Of a stretch of DNA of 64,000 bases, positions 1-10,285 are shown one piece after another; the stretch's first letter is position 1, and each line of letters opens with the position of its first letter. The notes below the pieces were generated by a model. It was not told the origin of the DNA and searched no databases. It saw nothing but the letters and a program-made list of their open reading frames with translations. The DNA lies in the NCBI GenBank assembly GCA_943841495.1, contig CALSYL010000003.1, positions 283,294 through 347,293 of the forward strand, given 5' to 3'. Origin of the DNA: an uncultured bacterium. GTDB taxonomy: Bacteria; Fidelibacterota; Marinisomatia; Marinisomatales; Marinisomataceae. Made by a program: the position numbers and the translations under genes.

Positions 1-858
1 AATCTCAAACCTATAGTTTTTGAGGGAAATCAACCTGGCGGTCAGTTAACTATAACTACTGACGTTGAAAACTTTCCAGGTTTTCCTGATGGAGTTATGG
101 GTCCAGAAATGATGGACTTATTTAGAGATCAAGCTAAAAAATTCGGTGCCGAATGTTTTTTTAAGCATGTTACGAAAGTGGATTTTAGTGCCAAGCCTTA
201 CAAGGTTTTTGTTGGAGAGGAAGAATATTTATCAGAAACTGTAATCATTTCTACTGGAGCTTCTGCTAGAATGCTAGGATTAAAAGAAGAAGAAGAGTTG
301 ATGGGTTACGGTATAAGTACATGTGCAACATGCGATGGTTATTTTTTTAAAGATAAAAATATCGTTGTAGTTGGCGGAGGTGACTCTGCGATGGAAGAAG
401 CATCATTTTTGACAAAATTTGCTAAAAAAGTTACGATTATCCATAGGAGTGATGTTTTTAGGGCATCTAAAATAATGCTCGATAGAGTAAAGAATAATCC
501 TTCAATAGACATCTTGACAAACAAAAGTATTGATTCAGTCAATGGAACACAAAAAGATGGCATATCAAGCATAGTCTTGAATGACTCAGTTTCTGGAGAA
601 AAATCAACATTTGTTTGCGAGGGGGTTTTTTACGGAATTGGACATACTCCAAATACTGCACAATTTAAAAATATAATTGACTTGGATGATAATGGTTACA
701 TTTTAACAAAGCCTGATTCATCTTTAACTAATATACCAGGAATTTTTGCTTGTGGAGATGTTCAGGATGATCATTATCGACAAGCTATTACAGCAGCTGG
801 ATCCGGTTGTATGGCTGCAATAGACGCTGAAAAGTACTTAGAAGATAATTCAATATAA
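1..858 (+). CDS. trxB: thioredoxin-disulfide reductase, 5' end outside window
   Basis: Frame 1 is open from nt 1 (NLKPIVFEGNQPGGQL...) into the listed ORF; redox-active CATCDG, NADPH-binding VVGGGDSAMEEA, FAD motif GIFACGDV. Confidence 0.9.
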   Translation, partial: NLKPIVFEGNQPGGQLTITTDVENFPGFPDGVMGPEMMDLFRDQAKKFGAECFFKHVTKVDFSAKPYKVFVGEEEYLSETVIISTGASARMLGLKEEEELMGYGISTCATCDGYFFKDKNIVVVGGGDSAMEEASFLTKFAKKVTIIHRSDVFRASKIMLDRVKNNPSIDILTNKSIDSVNGTQKDGISSIVLNDSVSGEKSTFVCEGVFYGIGHTPNTAQFKNIIDLDDNGYILTKPDSSLTNIPGIFACGDVQDDHYRQAITAAGSGCMAAIDAEKYLEDNSI

Positions 859-874
859 TAGTTTTGCTGTCCTT

Positions 875-1573
875 TTGGAGGAAGCAATGGAACTTAAACA
901 GATTTACGATATAAATAACCTCAAGCTTAGGTTTGATGATAAAAAAGCTTTAGAAATCAAAACTTTAAAGTTTCACAATGGTCTTATTTACGGTATTTGT
1001 GGAAACTTTGGATCAGGAAAAACTTCACTTCTTAAAGTTCTTTCAGGTGAAACTAAACAAACCAGCGGCTCTGTATTATACCAAGGAAGTCCTTTTAAGA
1101 GAAATATTTTTGGTACAATTAAAGAGCAAAAAGATGTCAATTATCTGGATATTAGTTCAGTCAATACTTCTCGAACAGTTGGTCAACTAATAAAAAGAAA
1201 TTTTCCATCAAAAACGCAGCAAATTAAATCAAGACATTTTACTGGTTTCCAGATGGAAGCTCTTTGGAAAACCTCAGTAAATTTAATTTCTGAAGGGGAA
1301 AAGCACTGGCTGAAAACCGTTATGGGAGTTGAAAAAGACCCTAGAGTTCTATTAATTGATGATTATGGTCTGTATATCGACCCCAGAACAGAAATGGTTC
1401 TAAGAAAAAAAATACTTAAGATGAATAATATTTTAGGAACAACGATAATACTTTCATCTCATAGCGATTATTTTTTGAAACAATTCGCAAGTGTAATAAT
1501 TTATCTAGATAATGGCCATGTTTCAAAAGTTAGAAAAGGGTTTAAAAGAAATTCAGTACGCAAAAATAAATAG
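875..1573 (+). CDS. ABC-type ATPase-like protein with degenerate catalytic motifs
   Basis: Walker A GNFGSGKTS; ISEGEKHW where LSGGQ is expected; Walker B LLIDDYG (Asp where the catalytic Glu normally follows); H-loop-like SSHSD; no permease gene adjacent; listed start is TTG, ATG at 887 is an alternative. Confidence 0.6.
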   Translation: MEEAMELKQIYDINNLKLRFDDKKALEIKTLKFHNGLIYGICGNFGSGKTSLLKVLSGETKQTSGSVLYQGSPFKRNIFGTIKEQKDVNYLDISSVNTSRTVGQLIKRNFPSKTQQIKSRHFTGFQMEALWKTSVNLISEGEKHWLKTVMGVEKDPRVLLIDDYGLYIDPRTEMVLRKKILKMNNILGTTIILSSHSDYFLKQFASVIIYLDNGHVSKVRKGFKRNSVRKNK

Positions 1574-3158
1574 ATTTTTCCTTATTAGTTTATTTTTTAT
1601 AAGTATTCTACAAGCTCAGGTAGATCAAAGATTTGATGTATTTGACTGGGAAATTGTTGGAAATAATGGTTCCATTAATTCTATATCTGAGGGTTATCAA
1701 TATATTTTTTTTGCTACAAACGGTAATGGGATTTTAAGATACAATAAATTTTCAAAAGAATTTGATCAAAGTCTCTATTTGGGTCAAGGTATCAAATCAA
1801 GAAAAATTAAACATGTATATTTTGATAAGTTTACTGGTATCTTGTGGTCGGTTGGTAATGAAGGTCTTGAATTTTCTAATTCTAGAGAAGGAAATTGGAA
1901 TCAAATTAATTACGATAGATTGCCTTTAAAATCTTATAATGAAATTCAAGATCTTGGATCATCATCTAATTATTTATGGATAAGAGGTTCTTCTTCTTAT
2001 TTAAAGCTTGATCATGTAAGTGGTACATTCCTTGGCCTTTTTTCATATCCTGACGAAGAGGTTTTTTGGGGAGACTTTAATTATAAGAATAATTTATCGG
2101 TCAAAAATTTTGCATTTGAAGATTTTTTTGTAGAAAACGGATGGCTTTTAAGCAATCAAGGAGCTGCAGATCAGAATGGTGATTTTTCAAAGTATGTCTC
2201 ATTTTTGGAAACAGAAAATGGTTTTGGATGGATAGGTTTGTCAAATGGATATATTCTTGCTTTGGATAATTTTAGTAAAACTGTTTATCCAATTAGCAAA
2301 GGAACAGAGATTGCTGTTCCATTTACAATGTCTTTCAATGACAAAGTATGGATAGCTGGAATTGGCAATGGTAAGAATAGTGCTATATATTCAACAGATA
2401 AAAAATTTGAAGATGAAAGAAATTTTAAAGATTTAAGCTATTCAAATTTTTCTTACAGTGATATTTATTCAAGTAAAGCTTTAGGTGATGAAATATGGTT
2501 TGGTTCAGAGGGAAGAGTAATTATTTACAATCAAAGAAAAGATTTCTTTAGGACTCTTGGTTTTGACAAGGGGATACCTATAGAAAGAATTGATTTTATC
2601 GAATCTCTTGATGATAAAGTTTATATTGGCTCAAGAAATGATTTAGTTGTGATAGATCTAAATACAAAAAAAATTATCAACTCACATATTTCAAGTCTTA
2701 TTAAAAAAAATAATCTTTTCATCGATGATTTCAAAATTATTGGAAACAGAGTTTTTTTAATTTCAAATAATAAATTATACCAGTTTGATTCTCAAGAAAA
2801 AATAAATATTGAACAAGGTAGCAATCCTTTTCTTAATCAGTATAAACCTTATGCAGTATTTGGAATTGATAATTATAAATATTTTGCTACTGAAAAAGGA
2901 ATTCTAAACGATAGAGATGAAAAAATAATACCTTCAAGCTTGTATTTTAATTATAGAGTTTCTGATATGGTTATAGCAGATAATTTCTTATATATTGGAA
3001 CCAATGGTGGCATGGCTGTTTACGATTATCAAACAAATCAATTACATAATTTTTTTGAATTCACTTTTTTAAAAAATATTTTTGATATGGAACAAATAAA
3101 TGAATTTTTGGTATTACTTACAAGCTCTGGTTTAGTTAAATTAAAGACATCATTATGA
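1512..3158 (+). CDS. secreted beta-propeller-like repeat protein, function unknown
   Basis: Hydrophobic N-terminal segment FFLISLFFISILQA; at least six spaced aromatic-x-G-x-x-x-G repeats (LWSVGNEGL, GWIGLSNGY, VWIAGIGNG, IWFGSEGRV, VYIGSRNDL, LYIGTNGGM) resembling propeller blades; 62-nt overlap with upstream gene, so the true start is uncertain. Confidence 0.5.
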   Translation: MAMFQKLEKGLKEIQYAKINRFFLISLFFISILQAQVDQRFDVFDWEIVGNNGSINSISEGYQYIFFATNGNGILRYNKFSKEFDQSLYLGQGIKSRKIKHVYFDKFTGILWSVGNEGLEFSNSREGNWNQINYDRLPLKSYNEIQDLGSSSNYLWIRGSSSYLKLDHVSGTFLGLFSYPDEEVFWGDFNYKNNLSVKNFAFEDFFVENGWLLSNQGAADQNGDFSKYVSFLETENGFGWIGLSNGYILALDNFSKTVYPISKGTEIAVPFTMSFNDKVWIAGIGNGKNSAIYSTDKKFEDERNFKDLSYSNFSYSDIYSSKALGDEIWFGSEGRVIIYNQRKDFFRTLGFDKGIPIERIDFIESLDDKVYIGSRNDLVVIDLNTKKIINSHISSLIKKNNLFIDDFKIIGNRVFLISNNKLYQFDSQEKINIEQGSNPFLNQYKPYAVFGIDNYKYFATEKGILNDRDEKIIPSSLYFNYRVSDMVIADNFLYIGTNGGMAVYDYQTNQLHNFFEFTFLKNIFDMEQINEFLVLLTSSGLVKLKTSL

Positions 3159-4372
3159 AAAGAAATATCCTAATTATTCTACTTACAGCATTTGTCAGCG
3201 CTCAAAGCATTAATTCAAATGTAAATTCTTACAAAACAAACGTGGTTATTAGGCCAAGTAATGACAGTCTAGAAATTGTTACTTACGTAGAGATTTACAA
3301 TAAAAATTTACAGTTTTTAAAAAAGGATATTCTCTTTGAATCTTCTTTTGATTTTAATATTTCGATAATTTCAAAAAATGGAAGCAAGCTTGCTGAAAAA
3401 TCATTTTCTGATACAATTGCAGTTGAAAATTTTTCTCAAACAGTTTCAATAAGTAATCCAAAATTAATTATTGATAGTTTTGTGATTCCTAATGAAGAGT
3501 TTAGTGTAAATTTTTCACTTAAAGACTTAGACACAAAGCTGGTAGGTAAAAAACAAACAAAGATTTCAAAGAAGGATTTACCTTCTGGAAAGTATTCAAA
3601 AATTTTTAAACCTATCTTTGTTAAAGACAAGCCAGGTGAATGGAAATTTGATTCAAATAAGTATCCAACCAAGATTAACGAAGTCGTAGCGAAAGAAAAT
3701 TTTATAGAATTTTACCAGTATGTTTCAATGAATGAAGGTGGGCATTTAGTAGATTTTTCAATTATTTCTGATAAAAAAAATGTGTGGAATAAATCTTTTA
3801 CTCAAAAAAATAAAGATGATTTTGTTCAAATAGTACGCGTGCCAATCAAAGATATTGATACATCTGATTTGAGATTAAAAATTCAAGTTTCTAAGAATGG
3901 AAATATCACATCCAAATCTTTCCCTTTTGAGGTGAAAAATGACTTTATGATGCTTTCTTCCGTGAAGAATGTTTCAATGGCTTTAGAGCAAATGAACTAT
4001 ATTTTAACTACTGAAGAAAGAAAAGAATTAAGAGGGCTAAAAAATTCTCAAAAAGAAAAGTTTTTTAAGAAAGTGTGGGCGAAGAGAGATCCTGATGCAA
4101 CAACAAAAGAAAACGAACTTATGATTGAATATTATAAAAGAGTAGCTTTTGCAGAACAAAACTTTTCAAGAGGTACCTCTGGAGGATGGAGATCAGATAT
4201 GGGAATGATATATATACTTTTTGGTAAGCCAGACGATGTATCAAGATCGATGAATTCGCAACAGAGTTATAATTACCAAACCTGGTACTATTATCAAATT
4301 AGCGAAGAGTTTTTATTTATAGATGATTATGGGTTTGGTGATTATCGTTTAAGAACTCCATTTTTATATTAA
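3155..4372 (+). CDS. GWxTD domain protein
   Basis: Signal-like N-terminus MKRNILIILLTAFVSAQS; C-terminal GGWRSDMGMIYILFGKPDDV matches the GWxTD signature; ATGA overlap with upstream gene. Confidence 0.65.
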   Translation: MKRNILIILLTAFVSAQSINSNVNSYKTNVVIRPSNDSLEIVTYVEIYNKNLQFLKKDILFESSFDFNISIISKNGSKLAEKSFSDTIAVENFSQTVSISNPKLIIDSFVIPNEEFSVNFSLKDLDTKLVGKKQTKISKKDLPSGKYSKIFKPIFVKDKPGEWKFDSNKYPTKINEVVAKENFIEFYQYVSMNEGGHLVDFSIISDKKNVWNKSFTQKNKDDFVQIVRVPIKDIDTSDLRLKIQVSKNGNITSKSFPFEVKNDFMMLSSVKNVSMALEQMNYILTTEERKELRGLKNSQKEKFFKKVWAKRDPDATTKENELMIEYYKRVAFAEQNFSRGTSGGWRSDMGMIYILFGKPDDVSRSMNSQQSYNYQTWYYYQISEEFLFIDDYGFGDYRLRTPFLY

Positions 4373-4375
4373 AAT

Positions 4376-4909
4376 ATGAAGAAAAAAGAAAAACAAATTT
4401 TAGAAATTGTAGATAAATATAAATCTGTTTTTTCAAAGGAAGATTATTCAAAATTAATATCTTTTTTATCAGACAGTACTAATTCGAGCGAATCTTATTG
4501 TCTCTTTACGGACGGAGCTTGCGAGTTTGATGATAATTATAAACCAATCAATGCTGGTATTGGCGGTCTAATTAAAAAAAGCGATACTATCCTAGATTCA
4601 TTTGCTGATAATGTTGGAGTTAAAACAAATAACGAATCTGAATATTTAGCATTAATAAAAGGTGTAAAGCTTTGCCTCGAACATAATATTAGAACTGTAT
4701 CCATTTATGCTGACAGTGAGCTCATTGTTAAGCAAATTAACGGAGAGTATAAGGTTAAAAATGAAAGAATGGCTATTCTATGCAATGAAACCCATACCCA
4801 ACTTTCAAAGCTAGATTCTTGGACTCTTACTCATGTCCTACGAGATAAGAATTCTGAAGCGGATGAATTAAGTAAGCAGGGATTATCAAAAGAAAAAACT
4901 AATGTTTAA
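4376..4909 (+). CDS. ribonuclease H family protein
   Basis: RNase H DEDD residues in context: LFTDGAC, NNESEYLALIKG, IYADSELIV, NSEADELSK; about 45-aa N-terminal extension. Confidence 0.75.
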   Translation: MKKKEKQILEIVDKYKSVFSKEDYSKLISFLSDSTNSSESYCLFTDGACEFDDNYKPINAGIGGLIKKSDTILDSFADNVGVKTNNESEYLALIKGVKLCLEHNIRTVSIYADSELIVKQINGEYKVKNERMAILCNETHTQLSKLDSWTLTHVLRDKNSEADELSKQGLSKEKTNV

Positions 4910-4936
4910 TATTAATTATTTCATAAATTACTGGCT

Positions 4937-5977
4937 ATGAGCTTCTTTAATTCAATTAAAAATTCGGTATCTGATAGTTTTAACTGGGTAAGTGGCGATA
5001 TCGCTATTGACCTTGGAACAGCTAATACTTTGATTTGGCTTTCTGGTAAAGGAATTATTATCAATGAGCCATCAATTATTGCTAGATCAACTAAAACTGG
5101 AGCAGTCTTAGCGGTCGGAGATGATGCTAAAGAGATGCTTGGAAAAACCCATGAAGGAATTGAAACTATTCGACCATTAAGAGATGGGGTGATTGCTGAT
5201 TTCACTGCTGTAGATGAGATGTTGCAAGGTTTTATCAGAAAAGTAAATCTTAATAGGCTAACTAGACCTAGAATGGTTATTTGTGTTCCATCTGGTGTTA
5301 CTGAGGTAGAAAGAAGAGCTGTTAGAGATTCTGGAGAAAAGCAGGCAGCTAGAGAAGTTTTTCTTGTTGATGAACCTGTTGCTGCTGCAATTGGTATAGG
5401 TCTTGATATCAGCAAGCCTGTAGGAAATATTATCGTTGATATTGGCGGAGGAACTACTGAGGTTGCTGTAATTTCATTAAATGGCGTTGTTACAAAAAAA
5501 GCGATTAGAGTAGCTGGGGATGAGATGGATGATGCTATTCAACATTGGTTTAGAAATGAACATAAGCTTGAAATTGGAGCTAGAACTGCAGAGCAAATTA
5601 AAATATCTGTTGGCTCTGCGATGAGAACAAAATCTAGAAATATTCTAGTAAAAGGAAGAGATCTAGTCTCTGGTATTCCTAAAACTATTGATGTTAGAAC
5701 AGATGAAATCAGACAAGCTTTGAAAGATCCGGTTAAAAGAATTTTAGATGTTATAAAAGATGCTCTTGAAGCTACTCCTGCAGAGCTTTCCTCAGATATT
5801 ATTGATAGAGGAATTGTTCTTGCTGGGGGAGGTTCTCAGTTAAGAGGGTTAGATCAAGTTTTAAGAGAAAAAACAGGCGTTCCAGTAAATGTTGCAGATG
5901 AGCCTCATTTAGCTATTGTTAAGGGTTGTGGTGCAGTCATTGAAGATCTGGAAAAATATAAGCATGTTCTTCTATAA
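4937..5977 (+). CDS. mreB: rod shape-determining actin homologue MreB
   Basis: Actin-fold motifs DLGTANT, DIGGGTTEVAV, LAGGGSQLRGLD; 346 aa; followed by mreC/mreD. Confidence 0.95.
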   Translation: MSFFNSIKNSVSDSFNWVSGDIAIDLGTANTLIWLSGKGIIINEPSIIARSTKTGAVLAVGDDAKEMLGKTHEGIETIRPLRDGVIADFTAVDEMLQGFIRKVNLNRLTRPRMVICVPSGVTEVERRAVRDSGEKQAAREVFLVDEPVAAAIGIGLDISKPVGNIIVDIGGGTTEVAVISLNGVVTKKAIRVAGDEMDDAIQHWFRNEHKLEIGARTAEQIKISVGSAMRTKSRNILVKGRDLVSGIPKTIDVRTDEIRQALKDPVKRILDVIKDALEATPAELSSDIIDRGIVLAGGGSQLRGLDQVLREKTGVPVNVADEPHLAIVKGCGAVIEDLEKYKHVLL

Positions 5978-5979
5978 GA

Positions 5980-6774
5980 ATGTCTAGACTGCAAATCATC
6001 TTTAAAGACTATCAAGATAAAATATCCCTAGTTTTATGTATAGTTACTTCTTTTTTTTTAATATTCAATAATGACTCGGATGTTATAAAACAATCAAAAG
6101 TTAATTCACTAAATACTTTTTCTTTCTTATATGCTCCATTCAATTGGCTTGATAATCAGTTATTTTTAACTAAGAAGCTTGAAGTTTTATCGTCTGAAAA
6201 TTTAAAATTAAACCTTGAAAATCAAGTTCTAAAGGTTCATGAAAATGAAAACATTAGATATAGAGAATTTCTGAATTTTAAAAAAAGAGATAATTTTAGC
6301 TTTATAGGAGCAGATGTGATATCTAAGGGGGTATCATCTAATATGTCATCTATCATGATAAACAGAGGAATCAAGGATGGTATTCAAATAAATGATCCAG
6401 TACTTACTTCGAGGGGTGTTATAGGAAAAATTACCTCTATTTCTACAAATTCAGCTGAGGTTCAATTAATTAGTGATGTTAATTTTAGATTAAGTGTCAA
6501 AATTGTACCTGACGATGTCGAAGGAATTTTACGTTGGATTGGAGATAATAACTGTGAAATTGTTGAATTAAAAAAAATTTCTGATATCAAAATTGGGGAT
6601 GTTGTACTTACCTCAAATCTTAGTATTTATTTTCCTCCAAATTTACCAATTGGAGAAGTAATAGGCATTTATGAAAAATCTGATAGTTCAAATAAAGTAG
6701 TTAGAATGAAGTTGTATTCTGATTTATCAACAATAAATCAATTATTTGTTGTCCAGAAGGAATCTAATTTATGA
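5980..6774 (+). CDS. mreC: rod shape-determining protein MreC
   Basis: Starts 2 nt after mreB; N-terminal TM, coiled-coil-like LSSENLKLNLENQVLK, then GVIGKITSISTNSAEVQLISD beta domain. Confidence 0.8.
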   Translation: MSRLQIIFKDYQDKISLVLCIVTSFFLIFNNDSDVIKQSKVNSLNTFSFLYAPFNWLDNQLFLTKKLEVLSSENLKLNLENQVLKVHENENIRYREFLNFKKRDNFSFIGADVISKGVSSNMSSIMINRGIKDGIQINDPVLTSRGVIGKITSISTNSAEVQLISDVNFRLSVKIVPDDVEGILRWIGDNNCEIVELKKISDIKIGDVVLTSNLSIYFPPNLPIGEVIGIYEKSDSSNKVVRMKLYSDLSTINQLFVVQKESNL

Positions 6775-7250
6775 GCTTCTATCTAAAAACCTTTCCTTTA
6801 GCAGTCATTCTTCAGCTAATCTTTTCAGAGTTATTGACATTTAATGGCTATCAAGCAAATATTATGCTATTGTATGTTATCTTATCTTCAATGCCGTTGG
6901 AAAATAATACTTCACAATCCACCATAAATGGTTTTCTTGTTGGTCTTTTTTCCGATTTTGTTCTTTTTAGTGGAGTGTATCTGGGAGTTTCAAGTTTAGT
7001 ATTTTCAATATGTGGTTTTTGGGCATCTAAGGTTAGTCATAATTTTGCTTTTAGAAATTTCGATTTATATTGGATTGCCTTTGTGCATTTAGGAATAGCT
7101 GTATATTCATTATTTAGATATGATTATTTCTTTTTTAATGATTTTTTATTATTTCTTTCAAATTATTTTTTTGTTACATATTTCACTTGTTTTGTTGGTT
7201 TTGTATTGATAAGAATTTTTTCGCTAAAAGAGGTAATTCTTAATGCTTAA
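6771..7250 (+). CDS. mreD: rod shape-determining protein MreD
   Basis: ATGA overlap with mreC; 159 aa with about five hydrophobic helices; position between mreC and mrdA. Confidence 0.6.
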   Translation: MSFYLKTFPLAVILQLIFSELLTFNGYQANIMLLYVILSSMPLENNTSQSTINGFLVGLFSDFVLFSGVYLGVSSLVFSICGFWASKVSHNFAFRNFDLYWIAFVHLGIAVYSLFRYDYFFFNDFLLFLSNYFFVTYFTCFVGFVLIRIFSLKEVILNA

Positions 7251-9024
7251 AATTGACAATAAAGCTGATATCTTTCATTACAGAACGCTATTAATCATCC
7301 TAGTTATTTCAATTTTTAGTCTTTTATCAAGATATTTTTACTTGCAGATCATAGAGCATGAAAGATATTTTTCTAAATCTCAAGTTAATAGTATAAAGGC
7401 TCAGGCAACATATGCACCGCGAGGTTTAATTTTAGACAGAAATGGCGAAGTATTGGTTGAAAATTATCCTACCTACATTTTGACTGTAACTCCATATCAG
7501 CTTGACAATAAAGAAGAGCAGTTTAACATAATTTCTAATATAATCAATACTCCTCTTGAAAAAATTAATCAGCGTTATGAAAAATTTTATCAAGGAAGAT
7601 TTCTTCCAACAGTTATTGCTAAAAATTTAACTTTTTCTGAAATATCTCAGATTGAAGAAAGAAGATTAGAACTTTCAGGTTTCCAGTATAAAAGATTTGA
7701 TGAAAGATTATATAGTGATATTCTCAATGATGCTCATATTCTTGGCTACCTTAGAGAGCTTGACCGAGAATCATTACCAACTTTAGATAAATCTAAATTT
7801 TACAGAGCTGGTGAGCTGGTTGGATGGCAAGGTCTTGAAAAGCAATATGAAAATGAGTTAAGATATTCTAAGGGTGTTGAATATATTGAAGTTGATACCT
7901 ACGGGAGAGAAATAAACAGAGTAAATAATAATAGTATTCCCGCTTTTCCTGGAAATAATTTATTTATTACAATTGATGCAGAGCTTCAAAAATATTCCAA
8001 AAGTCTTCTAAAGGACCAAAAAGGGGTAATTTTAGTTTCAAATGTTGACACTGGAGAAATTTTATCTATGGTGAGCAATCCTTCTTATGATCTTGGAATA
8101 TATAGAGGAGAAACAAGAGATAATGAATGGAAAGAGCTCTTGAGCGATACTAGTAAACCTATTATCAATAGGAGTATTTCAGGGCTATATCCTCCTGGAT
8201 CATCGTTTAAGCTGATAACTGCATTTAATTTAATAGAAAATGGATTATTAGATCCTGAAGATAGCTTAATGTGTGATGGTTCTTACACACCACCTGGAAG
8301 TTCTAATACATTCAATTGTTGGAAAGAAGATGGTCATGGACTAGTTAATTTAAATAAAGCTATTGCTCAATCCTGTAATGTTTATTTTTACGAAACAGTG
8401 CAATTGATAAATTTGAAAGATTGGACAGAAACTGCAAAAGTTTTTGGATTTGATAAAGAAACACAAATTGATCTCCCAAATGAATTGGTTGGACAAATTC
8501 CAGATAAAGAATTTTTCATAAAAACTTATGGAAGATGGGGCTGGTCAGAGCGCGGTGTATTGTTAAATTTAACTTTAGGACAGGGAGATATTTTGGTTAC
8601 TCCATTACAGTCTTTAAGATATATTAATCATATTGCTTCAAAAGGAAAAAAGACAGCCAAGTTGAAATTAAATTTAAATAAAGAGATAGATTTTTATGAT
8701 GAAATTGAATTATCAAATCAAGCTTGGAATAGAATACATAATGGACTATATGATGTTGTTAATTCTGATAACGGTAGTGGATGGAGAGCTCGACAAAATT
8801 CTGATATAAAATTATTTGGAAAAACTAGCACAGCAGAAAATCCTCATGGAGATCCTCATGCTTGGTTTAATGGATTTTTTGAATTAAATAATCAAAAGTT
8901 TTCTATTGTAGTTCTAGTTGAAAATGGTGGAGGAGGAGGAGCGGTAGCCTCTCCTATTGCAGGAAAAATTGTATCATTTATTTCAAAAGATTCAACTGAG
9001 ATAGTAAATAATGCTGTTCAATAG
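7243..9024 (+). CDS. mrdA: penicillin-binding protein 2 (elongasome transpeptidase)
   Basis: N-terminal TM; transpeptidase motifs SxxK (PPGSSFKLITA), SxN (AQSCNVYF), KT[GS] (FGKTSTAE). Confidence 0.9.
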   Translation: MLKIDNKADIFHYRTLLIILVISIFSLLSRYFYLQIIEHERYFSKSQVNSIKAQATYAPRGLILDRNGEVLVENYPTYILTVTPYQLDNKEEQFNIISNIINTPLEKINQRYEKFYQGRFLPTVIAKNLTFSEISQIEERRLELSGFQYKRFDERLYSDILNDAHILGYLRELDRESLPTLDKSKFYRAGELVGWQGLEKQYENELRYSKGVEYIEVDTYGREINRVNNNSIPAFPGNNLFITIDAELQKYSKSLLKDQKGVILVSNVDTGEILSMVSNPSYDLGIYRGETRDNEWKELLSDTSKPIINRSISGLYPPGSSFKLITAFNLIENGLLDPEDSLMCDGSYTPPGSSNTFNCWKEDGHGLVNLNKAIAQSCNVYFYETVQLINLKDWTETAKVFGFDKETQIDLPNELVGQIPDKEFFIKTYGRWGWSERGVLLNLTLGQGDILVTPLQSLRYINHIASKGKKTAKLKLNLNKEIDFYDEIELSNQAWNRIHNGLYDVVNSDNGSGWRARQNSDIKLFGKTSTAENPHGDPHAWFNGFFELNNQKFSIVVLVENGGGGGAVASPIAGKIVSFISKDSTEIVNNAVQ

Positions 9025-10228
9025 TTATATAAATGGTTCAAATGAATATCTAGGTAGATTATATTTAATAGTCTCATCTTTAATAGGTTTTGGCCTTGTT
9101 GCCCTTTATAGCATATCAAATGACCCGACATCTTTAAACAGCTCATTTTTTAGACAGGTAATCTTCATTGTTTTTTCTTTTTTTGTATTTTTAATCATAC
9201 AAAAAGTGAATGTAAAATCAATTCATGATAATTCTACTTTGATTTATTTAGCATCATTTTTTTTATGTTTTATACCATTTTTTCTTCCTCCGGTTGAAAA
9301 TACTTTTAGATGGATTGATTTAGGTTTTTTCTATGTTCAGCCTGGAGAGTATTTAAAATGTGCTACAATTATTTTAATAGCTAAATATTTGTCAAATCAT
9401 CAGCTTGAAGTAAAAGAAAACTATATTGTTATTGTGCCTATAGCAATCGCATTCTTATCTGCTATACTAGTACTGAATCAGCCCGATTTAGGAACTGCTG
9501 TAATAATTTTTGCTCCAGTGTTGCCTATGTTGCTTTGGGCAGGAGTAAATTCATTTACAATTTTTCTTTTGATAGCACCATTGATAACAATAATTGCAGC
9601 GTCAAATTATATTGTATTTAATGTTTGGGCAGTTTTTATGTTTTTTATTTTCTTAATGTTTCAAGGGAGTTTTTTAAATCGAATTTTATTATACTTCGCA
9701 AATATTTTTACCGGTCTTTTATTTCCTTTTTTTTGGAATGATTTTTTGAATGGTTATCAGCGACAAAGATTTCTTGACTTTTTAAATCCAGATTTAGACC
9801 CGATGGGATCTTCGTATCATATTATTCAAAGCATAACTGCTATTGGTTCTGGTGGATTATTTGGCAAGGGGTGGGGTCAGGGCTCCCAAACTCAATTAAA
9901 ATTTCTTCCGGTCCAAGAATCTGATTTTATTTTGTCAGTTATAGCAGAAGAATTTGGGTTTATTGGCATAGTAATTATAATGTTTTTATTTTTTATGTTG
10001 ATAAAAACTTTACTTGATTTGGCTTTTAAGGCTAATGATTATTTTTCAAGCTTAGTTATAATAGGCTTAACATCTATTTTGTTTTCTCATATTTTTGTTA
10101 ATTCAGCAATGACTATTGGATTGATGCCAGTAAAAGGTCTGCCTACACCTTTTGTTTCTGCGGGCGGCTCGTTTATGCTCTTATGCTTTATTATTATATC
10201 TTTGGTATCAAATATGTCTAAAAATTAA
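9011..10228 (+). CDS. rodA: peptidoglycan glycosyltransferase RodA (FtsW/RodA/SpoVE family)
   Basis: Polytopic; QPDLGTAVII, QESDFILSVIAEEFGFIG, MPVKGLPTPFVSAGGS; directly after mrdA. Confidence 0.9.
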   Translation: MLFNSYINGSNEYLGRLYLIVSSLIGFGLVALYSISNDPTSLNSSFFRQVIFIVFSFFVFLIIQKVNVKSIHDNSTLIYLASFFLCFIPFFLPPVENTFRWIDLGFFYVQPGEYLKCATIILIAKYLSNHQLEVKENYIVIVPIAIAFLSAILVLNQPDLGTAVIIFAPVLPMLLWAGVNSFTIFLLIAPLITIIAASNYIVFNVWAVFMFFIFLMFQGSFLNRILLYFANIFTGLLFPFFWNDFLNGYQRQRFLDFLNPDLDPMGSSYHIIQSITAIGSGGLFGKGWGQGSQTQLKFLPVQESDFILSVIAEEFGFIGIVIIMFLFFMLIKTLLDLAFKANDYFSSLVIIGLTSILFSHIFVNSAMTIGLMPVKGLPTPFVSAGGSFMLLCFIIISLVSNMSKN

Positions 10229-10285
10229 TTAATATTCCCAGTTGTGATTTTGAATGTGTTTAGTTAACTTTTGTTGCTCAATATC

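Noticed and set aside
978-1190. 70-aa + strand ORF
   Set aside because: It is an alternative frame inside the ABC-like gene, which carries the Walker A motif in its own frame.
4921-5415. 164-aa minus-strand ORF
   Set aside because: It lies entirely antisense to mreB, which has unambiguous actin-fold motifs. It is a shadow ORF with low-complexity Ser/Leu/Ile composition.
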